DNA from: a virus
IMG/VR virus record: IMGVR_UViG_3300002835_000148
Length of the DNA: 64,000 nt
Strand: one strand, 5' to 3'
Under the pieces are notes generated by a model. The model ran no database searches. It was not told the DNA's origin and was given only the letters and a program-made list of their open reading frames with translations. Made by a program: the position numbers and the translations under genes. This document shows positions 51,308 through 58,734 of the stretch, piece by piece (the stretch's first letter is position 1; each line of letters starts with the position of its first letter).

Positions 51308-52384
51308 TTATGAAAATAAGAAGCTGTTTTGTGCAGCCCATGTTATGAACGTCTTGTGTGTAGATGCCATGCCCTGCTTCTCACTACGCATGATGGTCTT
51401 GGCAAACAGCGCGGCTACCTCTTTGGGCATACGCTCTACATACTCCATCCACGCCGAGAATGTCTCGCGCTCTAGTCTCATGCAAGCCTTGGCTACCAAC
51501 ATACAGCACGCTGCGCCAGACTTAGGGATCGCTGTACCAGTAGGGTCTTTGAGTATCTGCTCCCATCTTGGCAGGTCATTGTTTAGCTTACGCATGGTCA
51601 ACAAGTCCATAGCAGCGGCCTCACCTACTGTACCCATGAGAGCGTGGATAATTACGCTATCGGGCAGATGCTCAGTAGCCTTGAGAATATCGCTGGCCTT
51701 CTCCATTGCCCTGTGAGTTACGAACGCAGCACGCTGTGCCTTAGGGTGGTTGATATAGTGATTATTGCTAGGGTGTTCCACATGAATGTCATCCTCGAAC
51801 ATAGAAGGAAACTCCAGCACCGTGCCGATAACTATGGGGTGGATGTTATTCTTGAGCGCCCAATTCTCTACCCACTCCATAGCCGAAGACTTAGTGATTG
51901 CTGCTTGACACATCCTGTTGCGCTCATGGGGTAGGAACACATCGCCCAGCCCCTCACTAGACCTGTTAGTGGTAGCAAACACTATGCTCCCTTCTGGCAA
52001 AGCATAAGTGCCTATCATTCTATCCAGCATGACCCTCAACAGGCCGTTCTTCACCGCTTTGCTAGTCTTGCCTATCTCGTCAAGCATTATGATGACAGGC
52101 TTTTTCAGGTGACAACCAAACGCTTCGTTAGGTACGAACGACACAACATCAGTGCCGTCGATGGTCTTGAACTTCGGCATCTGCAAGTCACCCAAGTCCA
52201 TTAGCTGCGCTTCTACATACACAGGGTGGTGGTCAGGGAACCTAGCTGCCAGCTCCTTGAGAATAGACGACTTGCCGCATCCCATCGGGCCAGTGACTAG
52301 CACTGTAACTTTGTCGCCAATAGCTGCGATCAGATCAGTCGCGCCAGCCAAAGATATGTAGTTGTATTCTTTCTGTATTTTCAT
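51308..52384 (-). CDS. AAA+ ATPase (MoxR/CbbQ-like)
   Basis: Walker A VTGPMGCGKSS and Walker B VIIMLDEIGK. ATG 52384 is preferred over the TTG 52429 of the ORF track. Confidence 0.7.
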   Translation of the reverse strand: MKIQKEYNYISLAGATDLIAAIGDKVTVLVTGPMGCGKSSILKELAARFPDHHPVYVEAQLMDLGDLQMPKFKTIDGTDVVSFVPNEAFGCHLKKPVIIMLDEIGKTSKAVKNGLLRVMLDRMIGTYALPEGSIVFATTNRSSEGLGDVFLPHERNRMCQAAITKSSAMEWVENWALKNNIHPIVIGTVLEFPSMFEDDIHVEHPSNNHYINHPKAQRAAFVTHRAMEKASDILKATEHLPDSVIIHALMGTVGEAAAMDLLTMRKLNNDLPRWEQILKDPTGTAIPKSGAACCMLVAKACMRLERETFSAWMEYVERMPKEVAALFAKTIMRSEKQGMASTHKTFITWAAQNSFLFS

Positions 52385-52422
52385 TGCTGTTTCTCTCGTT
52401 GTGTTGTGTTTATTTCTGCTTA

Positions 52423-53304
52423 CTACCAAGCGAACTTATCTAACAGTGCGTCCACCTCCTCCTTCATATACTTCCTCACCACTTCATCCTTGCGTAACTC
52501 TGCTGGTTCATACCCAGTCAACACCATCCGTATGTTGCTCTTTAACTCCTCTATCTCTACGTCCCTTGTCAGGTTGAACCCATCCAGTGCATCGCATAAC
52601 TCAAGCGCGCTCTCAATAGTCACATCATGGATGCGCCCCTTCTTACCATTCTCATCTACCCTGAGTTGCTTGGATATTTTCTCAAGCGAACTCTTGACTC
52701 TGCTACGCACCTCAGTCATAGCCCCATTCAACCTAGCATCCTGCTGTCTGGCAAACTGCTCACGCAATTCACTCAATCCTTGATTGCCTATATCTACACG
52801 GAAGTCCCCTGTCTCCGGCAGTGGGTACACCGCGCTACGCATCTCGAACTTAGCAGGTATCTCTGACGGGTCAGGGTAGTCGTCAGCCTTGAACATAGCA
52901 CCAAGGGAGAACTGCGCTGCTTGTACTAACAAGGTGTACTCATTCACGAACGCTTGCACCCTGCGATTGTATTCCGCTTCGTGCGCCCCGTACTGCGCCA
53001 TGTATTCTTGTAAGCGTGCGGCTGGTAATAGCCGCGTCCCTGAGTCCGACCAAGGCAGAGTGTTCCAGTTGTGCCATTGCCTGATGATGGCAGCGTACTT
53101 TGTTATGTCATCCAGTTGCCCTGACCCTGCAAGCAGGTTCTTCTGATACACACCTGCTCTGTTAGTCGCGCCCTTGTTCTGCCCTACCTCATCGGACACT
53201 TCCTTGTCCTGCTTTTTAGCAGTCCATCCTCTGATGGTCAGGTCTACCAGCACTGCGCTAGATGCAATCGTTACGTCGTTGTTGTTTACGTTGTTCATGC
53301 TCAT
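52423..53304 (-). CDS. hypothetical protein upstream of AAA+/VWA pair
   Basis: 293 aa. Possibly the DUF3150-type partner seen with such pairs (from memory, unverified). Confidence 0.55.
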   Translation of the reverse strand: MSMNNVNNNDVTIASSAVLVDLTIRGWTAKKQDKEVSDEVGQNKGATNRAGVYQKNLLAGSGQLDDITKYAAIIRQWHNWNTLPWSDSGTRLLPAARLQEYMAQYGAHEAEYNRRVQAFVNEYTLLVQAAQFSLGAMFKADDYPDPSEIPAKFEMRSAVYPLPETGDFRVDIGNQGLSELREQFARQQDARLNGAMTEVRSRVKSSLEKISKQLRVDENGKKGRIHDVTIESALELCDALDGFNLTRDVEIEELKSNIRMVLTGYEPAELRKDEVVRKYMKEEVDALLDKFAW

Positions 53305-53323
53305 CGTTATATCCTCATTGTTG

Positions 53324-53346
53324 AAAACTTATACCGTATAAGTTTT
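53324..53346. repeat. early-arm palindrome copy 2
   Basis: Identical 23-mer, 19 nt upstream of ATG 53304. Confidence 0.9.
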
Positions 53347-53408
53347 TGCTGCTTTACATCAGCGGGTAAGGCCCGCCACCTCTTTCTACGTTTCTTCAAC
53401 GTAGATAT

Positions 53409-53438
53409 ATTATAGCACAACTATAATACAAAAGTCAA
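53409..53438 (-). promoter_or_regulatory. sigma70-type early promoter
   Basis: Minus strand TTGACT (53438-53433), 18 nt spacer, TATAAT (53414-53409). Followed by hairpin CTACGTT-GAAGA-AACGTAG (53404-53386). Confidence 0.6.
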
Positions 53439-53581
53439 ATTTAGACCGCGTTAACCATCAGCGGCGTAGGACTACATCCTAGTGGGAGAGAGGTGCAGAA
53501 TTACGATAACTGCAATTCGACACTATATGTAGCAGCCACGGTTATTACGCAAGTGAGGCACTCATGGCTTACCCTCTTTTG

Positions 53582-53845
53582 TTAACTAAAAATTATTGCG
53601 ATGACCGGCGCTTGCTGGTCTATAAAATCTCTTACGTGCCGTGGCAGTTGTGCGTAGTACACACACTGCGTCTCTCTCAGGTTGTTTGGCCCACCATAGG
53701 CTACGCTCTGTGGTGGCTCTCCCGCATTGTAGGTATAGTACCAGTATTTAGTACCCTTGATTTTGAACCTTGTCAACACTCGGGTAAACCGCTCGTCCTC
53801 AATTAAGTCATGTGTCAGATTAGTCACTTCGTATTTCATACTCAC
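53582..53845 (-). CDS. hypothetical protein
   Basis: 87 aa. C-terminus QQAPVIAIIFS is similar to its neighbour. Confidence 0.55.
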   Translation of the reverse strand: MSMKYEVTNLTHDLIEDERFTRVLTRFKIKGTKYWYYTYNAGEPPQSVAYGGPNNLRETQCVYYAQLPRHVRDFIDQQAPVIAIIFS

Positions 53846-53846
53846 C

Positions 53847-54107
53847 TCACGAAAGCATGATCGCTATTATTGGTAGCTGCTCAGTGATTGTTCTCTGCAC
53901 CCACTTGGGTGCGCTGCATGTCCTAATGGACACTCCGGTTGCTGCGTTCGTCACACGGCCTGGGCCTAGTAGACGGCACTTGGACTCCTTAAATACATGT
54001 GTTTGGTACGTCGTCCCCCTGTCATTGGTCATGGTGATCGTCACAAAATGTGACCACGCATGCCCTACATCCCACAGCTCATGCTTAACCTCAATCTTAC
54101 CGGCCAT
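53847..54107 (-). CDS. hypothetical protein
   Basis: 86 aa. C-terminus EQLPIIAIMLS. Confidence 0.55.
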   Translation of the reverse strand: MAGKIEVKHELWDVGHAWSHFVTITMTNDRGTTYQTHVFKESKCRLLGPGRVTNAATGVSIRTCSAPKWVQRTITEQLPIIAIMLS

Positions 54108-54309
54108 CGGCGTAGTCCTCGCAGTGCATGTTCAGTACCCACAGGGATACCAAGTCGTCTAGCTGTTCTTGAGTGAGGCACCCTCTTATATCCACGAACT
54201 TATAAACAACTCGATGCACGTACCACTCACCCTCATCCTTACAGTAGGCGCACTCCAACTCTACCTGCTGTTCGTTTATTCCTATTTGTGCTTTCATACT
54301 AATTTTCAT
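54097..54309 (-). CDS. hypothetical protein
   Basis: 70 aa. Confidence 0.5.
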   Translation of the reverse strand: MKISMKAQIGINEQQVELECAYCKDEGEWYVHRVVYKFVDIRGCLTQEQLDDLVSLWVLNMHCEDYADGR

Positions 54310-54875
54310 AACAGCTCACCCTCCTCGTCGAACTCGCACTCGTTTGCGAGTATGGATTCTTCAATAGCCTCATCGCTCGTCAGCCAGTCGTATTCCTTTT
54401 GCAGTGTGTCCTGTATCCAATCGGCAAAGCCATTGAATGCTTGCTCGATTACCTCACCATTTAGCAAGTCCTCTATTTCTTCATCGTCGTCTGCGTCACA
54501 CACTTCCCAATCTACGTTCAATGAAGTGCGGTGTGATGGTGTAATCGACGCCCATAGGTAGCTACCCTGCGTATGGATAGCGCATAGTGCAGATTGCTCA
54601 ACCAGAGGGTCGATGATATGTTTTAAGTCCTCTCTCTGCACATCGGTGAAGTCATCGAGCCTCATATTTTTAGAATTAAACCGCGCCTCATACTGGACAT
54701 ACGCTCCATAAACTAGGCCGAATCCCTTGATCTCGAAGCCATATATCCCCAATCCAAACGCCACGTCTGCAACGTATTTGTATACGTGCTCCCACCAATC
54801 GTGATCGACGTTGATGTCAGCGAAGCGGTCGCGGGCTTTCTCTTTTGCTTCGTTGCTCAGTTGTTCGTACTTCAT
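54306..54875 (-). CDS. acidic hypothetical protein
   Basis: 189 aa. D/E-rich C-terminal third (CDADDDEEIEDLL, ECEFDEEGELL). Confidence 0.6.
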   Translation of the reverse strand: MKYEQLSNEAKEKARDRFADINVDHDWWEHVYKYVADVAFGLGIYGFEIKGFGLVYGAYVQYEARFNSKNMRLDDFTDVQREDLKHIIDPLVEQSALCAIHTQGSYLWASITPSHRTSLNVDWEVCDADDDEEIEDLLNGEVIEQAFNGFADWIQDTLQKEYDWLTSDEAIEESILANECEFDEEGELL

Positions 54876-54891
54876 GCTGCTCTCTCCTGCG

Positions 54892-54914
54892 AAAACTTAT
54901 ACCGTATAAGTTTT
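54892..54914. repeat. early-arm palindrome copy 3
   Basis: Identical 23-mer (25 nt with G/C flanks), 16 nt upstream of ATG 54875. Confidence 0.9.
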
Positions 54915-54935
54915 CGCCTTGTTATTTTGTTACTC

Positions 54936-55385
54936 TTACCACCAAGCGGGTGCTGTGGCGCGATCCCAAGAGGCGAAGCTCTTGGTTCTGTAGTATGTGC
55001 GGTATGATTCTACCGCATCATCCGTCTTACACGCATCTGGCATAGCCAGAGCGAATGGCGTTAGCCCTGCATTGGGCAGGGTTGAGATAAAGCCAGTCCT
55101 TCCTAAATGTACGCACTTGGCAAGGGCTAAGTGATTGTCGTGCTTACCCCACCTCTTCTTGTACTCCTCATTTAGCCACACCATTAACTCCCATAGCCAC
55201 GTAGCATTATCTTGTGACTGTGCCACCCACCTAGTGCATGGGTGGTTTTTATGGGTGGGCTTGTATGGGCCGTTAAGGGCTGTGGATAACATCTGCGCGC
55301 TCTCTAATATCATCTTCGGCACATGCTTATCGCAATGTGCCTGAGCCGCAAGGCGCGGCTCCTCGTCTAATACAAATATATTCAT
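54936..55385 (-). CDS. conserved phage protein (possibly DNA glycosylase-like, unverified)
   Basis: 149 aa from MNIFVLDEEPRLAAQAHCDKHVPKMILESAQML. ATGA overlap with the upstream gene. Confidence 0.5.
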   Translation of the reverse strand: MNIFVLDEEPRLAAQAHCDKHVPKMILESAQMLSTALNGPYKPTHKNHPCTRWVAQSQDNATWLWELMVWLNEEYKKRWGKHDNHLALAKCVHLGRTGFISTLPNAGLTPFALAMPDACKTDDAVESYRTYYRTKSFASWDRATAPAWW

Positions 55386-55618
55386 TGCTTTCTCTCCTCG
55401 TCCTCGTAGAATTTTGCCTCGACGCAATTCCCCCACAAACCCGTGACTTCACACAATGCGAAGCCCACTTCATCGCCACAGTCCCATGTGCCTGTACCTG
55501 CCGTAGCTAAGAAGGCATTGAGCATACCTTCTTCCTCATCCTCCAGCCCTGAGTAGTCGCCATTGATAATGGCGGGCAGGAAGTGTTCGCCTATTGTGTA
55601 TTCGATTGGCTCTCTCAT
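55382..55618 (-). CDS. hypothetical protein
   Basis: 78 aa, acidic. Confidence 0.5.
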   Translation of the reverse strand: MREPIEYTIGEHFLPAIINGDYSGLEDEEEGMLNAFLATAGTGTWDCGDEVGFALCEVTGLWGNCVEAKFYEDEERKQ

Positions 55619-55980
55619 CTCAATTCCTCCGGTACATCTACCTCATCGCCTAATTTACTAGCCACATAGCAGCGCATAGCTGCGATAAGGGGGGTCGTGC
55701 CGTGAAAGTGGTCAGACCGTTTTTGTTTACGGCAGGCAAACCAGTCAGGGTTTGCTTCCTTGAATGCTTTTGCTTGTGCAAGGGTCAGGTTACACAGCAC
55801 CTCTATGCCCTCCCGCTCAATGATCGGCCCACCTTGCTCCCATTTGGTCGAGGGGCTAAAAAACCCTTGTTTTACGCCATCTATGGCGATCTTACCAAGC
55901 ATCAAGCCTTCACACTTTGCCACTGCCCAGTCAAGGGCAGCGCCACTCAGTCGATATGTTTTCATACTCTCGTATCTCAT
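55615..55980 (-). CDS. hypothetical protein (DUF2591-like pattern)
   Basis: 121 aa. Sequence LSGAALDWAVAKCEG. Confidence 0.55.
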   Translation of the reverse strand: MRYESMKTYRLSGAALDWAVAKCEGLMLGKIAIDGVKQGFFSPSTKWEQGGPIIEREGIEVLCNLTLAQAKAFKEANPDWFACRKQKRSDHFHGTTPLIAAMRCYVASKLGDEVDVPEELR

Positions 55981-55995
55981 CGTTGTTCCTCCTGT

Positions 55996-56018
55996 AAAAC
56001 TTATACCGTATAAGTTTT
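55996..56018. repeat. early-arm palindrome copy 4
   Basis: Identical 23-mer, 15 nt upstream of ATG 55980. Confidence 0.9.
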
Positions 56019-56025
56019 CGTGTTG

Positions 56026-56295
56026 TTACTCGCCATATGCGCTTTCGATGCGCTCCCCGCTGTGGGCGCAGTACCAGTCGTACTCGCCCCAATTCACGTC
56101 CATATAAATGACGCGCCATCCGTAATCGCTCTGTTCCCTGACAGCTCGCAATACTTCCTTGTAATTCTCCTTGACTGCCTTAAATGATAAGGCTTCGCCA
56201 TCGCTGGCGATGAAATACACTGGATACCCGCCCGGCCACGCATAGGGGCCAGAGCGGAGGGCGTTCTTCAAATCTTTGCTGTTTTTTATTTCCAT
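56026..56295 (-). CDS. hypothetical protein
   Basis: 89 aa. Confidence 0.55.
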   Translation of the reverse strand: MEIKNSKDLKNALRSGPYAWPGGYPVYFIASDGEALSFKAVKENYKEVLRAVREQSDYGWRVIYMDVNWGEYDWYCAHSGERIESAYGE

Positions 56296-56297
56296 TG

Positions 56298-56528
56298 CTA
56301 CTCCTCCTCTATGAACATCACTACGCAGTCGCCGTTTTTGGGGTGCAGCACTATGGTGTCATGCCCATACTGCACATCACAGGGTATACCTGCCCACCCC
56401 GCCACTGCCTTGGCAGCGCGGATTTTTGCCAGTCGGGTGTTTGTCTTGGTCTCGGCCTCGTACCGACGCACCCACGCATAGTTTGCGTCTCCTCCGAATG
56501 TATCAGTCACTTCTACTTTTATTTTCAT
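56298..56528 (-). CDS. hypothetical protein
   Basis: 76 aa. Confidence 0.55.
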   Translation of the reverse strand: MKIKVEVTDTFGGDANYAWVRRYEAETKTNTRLAKIRAAKAVAGWAGIPCDVQYGHDTIVLHPKNGDCVVMFIEEE

Positions 56529-56546
56529 TGCGCTCTCCTATGTTTG

Positions 56547-56569
56547 AAAACTTATACCGTATAAGTTTT
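56547..56569. repeat. early-arm palindrome copy 5
   Basis: Identical 23-mer, 18 nt upstream of ATG 56528. Confidence 0.9.
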
Positions 56570-56703
56570 CGTTGGGTTTGTTGTGATGATGTGTTGTGTC
56601 TAGCTGGTAAGGCCAGCCGTCCTATATGTGAATGAAATGCGCAACGTGTAAACCTATACAAGCACCGCTCATTCATCGCACCGTTTTCTCAAACAGTGGG
56701 GAT

Positions 56704-56732
56704 ATTATACTCTAATATCTGGTTGCTGTCAA
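56704..56732 (-). promoter_or_regulatory. consensus sigma70 early promoter
   Basis: Minus strand TTGACA (56732-56727), 17 nt spacer, TATAAT (56709-56704). Hairpin CACTGTTT-GAGA-AAACGGTG follows directly. Confidence 0.7.
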
Positions 56733-56825
56733 GCATTTAATTTTAGGTCATTCATCATCATCCAGCAGCACCTAAAACTCTCTGCCCTCAGCCTCCGTCC
56801 CACTGTTTTCTCAAACAGTGGGGAT

Positions 56826-56854
56826 ATTGTACGCCTATTCTACTTCTTTGTCAA
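56826..56854 (-). promoter_or_regulatory. near-consensus sigma70 early promoter
   Basis: Minus strand TTGACA (56854-56849), 17 nt spacer, TACAAT (56831-56826). Hairpin CCCACTGTTT-GAGA-AAACAGTGGG (56822-56799) follows directly. Confidence 0.7.
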
Positions 56855-56885
56855 GTCTTTGTTTTTGTTGGCTTTTTCTGCGTTT

Positions 56886-58013
56886 TTACCATAGGGGTCT
56901 TACCTTTAGTGGGCTGAGTGGGATGAAGTTGGTTTTCTCCCAGTAGTTTACTGGGTCTGCATCGGGTAGCACGTGGCTTCCGTCTGCTTTTAACTCGTCC
57001 ACCTTGTTTCCAGCACTGTCTATCACTACCTGCCATCCTGTCGGCTGGCCTATGGGTTTTGTGTTGCTACTGGGTTTTGTGTTGCTACTGGGTTTTGCGT
57101 TGCTACTGGGTTTTGCGTTGCTACTGGGTTTTGCGTTTTCCTGCCCCCACTCATTTTCCTCGCCTCTGCCCCATGCTTCCAGTGCATCGAGCAGGGTCAT
57201 CATGTCGGCTTCGTCTATTATCCGCAGGCTCTTAGCGTATGGGGTCTGGTACTTGAGCCAATGCTCGCGTGTGTTGTTTATAACCTGTAAGAATGAAGCC
57301 GTACTCACACCACCTAACAAGCCCGCATCTATGCTACCGCCACCTAATAGGCCAGCGCCTCCCAAGCCAGTCCCTCCGCCTACCAGCCAATTAAATGTGT
57401 AGGCACTTTTAGCAGCCTTTTCAGCGCGTTCTGTCGCGCTGTTGCCCTTGTTCCTATTCATTATAGAAGGTAGATACATGGTAGAAGCACCCTCTGCCCT
57501 GAAATCCTGCTTGTGGTCGATGCAGTATTTGTTCTTAACATCCTCAATCAAGGCAGCACTAGGGATAATAATGGAGTGGCGCACCGTTTCGACGTAATTC
57601 ACAGCACCCCCATGCGCTTCTACTCCATAGTACGACACTATGCCTTTCCTAGCTGCTATGCCTGCATTACGCATGTTCAACGTGTTTTCTGATGCGTACC
57701 TTGTGCTTAGAAATTCTCCACGCTGGCGCGTGATGTATACAAGGTAGTCTAGTTCGGGTAGGTAGAGTCCTTCTGGCATGAACTCCCGTGTCTTAGCACG
57801 AGGGCTTTTCCTTGGGCTTCTTTGGTTGTTTGTGTCGGTGGCGGTGGTGATTTTTATGGGCTGGTGGTTGGTGCTTTGTTGGGCGTTTTGCTGTAGGTTT
57901 TCTATCTGGTGCGTCAGTTTTTTTATCTCATCCATCATCATTGCCACCGTCTTTTCCAGCATTTTTTCACGGTCTTGGGCACTTTCGGGGGAGGGGGAGA
58001 ATTGTGATGTCAT
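56886..58013 (-). CDS. early protein with Gly-rich core and AKPSSN repeats
   Basis: 375 aa from ATG 58013 (ORF-track TTG 58070 is not accepted). Contains GGGTGLGGAGLLGGGSIDAGLLGG and 4-5x (A/T)KPSSN. Confidence 0.6.
   Translation of the reverse strand: MTSQFSPSPESAQDREKMLEKTVAMMMDEIKKLTHQIENLQQNAQQSTNHQPIKITTATDTNNQRSPRKSPRAKTREFMPEGLYLPELDYLVYITRQRGEFLSTRYASENTLNMRNAGIAARKGIVSYYGVEAHGGAVNYVETVRHSIIIPSAALIEDVKNKYCIDHKQDFRAEGASTMYLPSIMNRNKGNSATERAEKAAKSAYTFNWLVGGGTGLGGAGLLGGGSIDAGLLGGVSTASFLQVINNTREHWLKYQTPYAKSLRIIDEADMMTLLDALEAWGRGEENEWGQENAKPSSNAKPSSNAKPSSNTKPSSNTKPIGQPTGWQVVIDSAGNKVDELKADGSHVLPDADPVNYWEKTNFIPLSPLKVRPLW
57053..57137. repeat. 18-nt tandem repeat x4.7
   Basis: TGGGTTTTG(T/C)GTTGCTAC units, encoding the AKPSSN repeats on the minus strand. 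Confidence 0.85.
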
Positions 58014-58305
58014 GGTGAATCCTATAATTAGATGTAACGAATCGTTCTTGTATTTGAAATAACTTGTCAAATTTAGGGGGGTTGAAAGTTACCGCTCTTA
58101 CTCGGATATGATGGGGGCGTAAGCGGATTAAGTCAATAGGCTTTTTGTATTTATATTGGATTGGGGGATTGATTGGATTAGGGAAAAAATAGTGATGTTT
58201 ATGGCTCTTAATTTTGGTTGTTTTTCAGTGTGAAAGTTTAACCTGTGGATAAAATTAAGGCGTTGATTTGGAAGGAGTTTTTCGACGGCGATTAAGGAAA
58301 TGCGC

Positions 58306-58434
58306 GATATAATAACCTATTCTATTAAAGAGAAAAGAGAGAGACCCTATAAGAGGGGTCGTAGGAAAACGGGCGGCTGGGAAAATCTCTACGACGCCCT
58401 CTCTTTCTTCTTTAATAGAATACATTATTATATC
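58306..58434. repeat. long imperfect inverted repeat (about 36-38 nt arms)
   Basis: The left arm GATATAATAACCTATTCTATTAAAGAGAAAAGAGAGAG pairs with CTCTCTTTCTTCTTTAATAGAATACATTATTATATC. The inner GGGGTCGTAG pairs with CTACGACGCCC. Confidence 0.75.
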
Positions 58435-58498
58435 TTCTACTTTTTTCTTTTTTCGCGGGGTTCGCGCCCACCTCACCCCTGCCTCAAACGCACCCCCA

Positions 58499-58521
58499 AA
58501 AACTTATACCGTATAAGTTTT
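58499..58521. repeat. early-arm palindrome copy 6
   Basis: Identical 23-mer inside the non-coding island. Confidence 0.9.
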
Positions 58522-58600
58522 GCATCCCTGCCACGCAACACGAAAACGCCCAAAGGCCTCAGTCCTAGTAATAAGGAACTGGCTTGGTGGAACTGGCTTG

Positions 58601-58623
58601 AAAACTTATACCGTATAAGTTTT
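58601..58623. repeat. early-arm palindrome copy 7
   Basis: Identical 23-mer inside the non-coding island. Confidence 0.9.
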
Positions 58624-58692
58624 CAGCCTCGCGCATGCGCGAACGCTAATCGAAGTGAGAATGAGAATCATTCTCAACAAAAAGTTGAGGCC

Positions 58693-58716
58693 AAAAAAGC
58701 CGCGCATACGCGCGGC
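58693..58716 (-). terminator. rho-independent terminator after first early gene
   Basis: Minus strand GCCGCGC-GTAT-GCGCGGC followed by TTTTTT, 19 nt after the stop of 58735..59577. Confidence 0.8.
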
Positions 58717-58734
58717 TATGTTGGTGAGTGCGTG

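Noticed and set aside
51281-58623. The 23-nt palindromes as rho-independent terminators
   Set aside because: The stems are almost pure A/U and the only U-run is part of the stem itself. The copies sit 15-19 nt before the next start codon inside operons. Only the 59686 variant has a downstream T-run, and that is noted separately.
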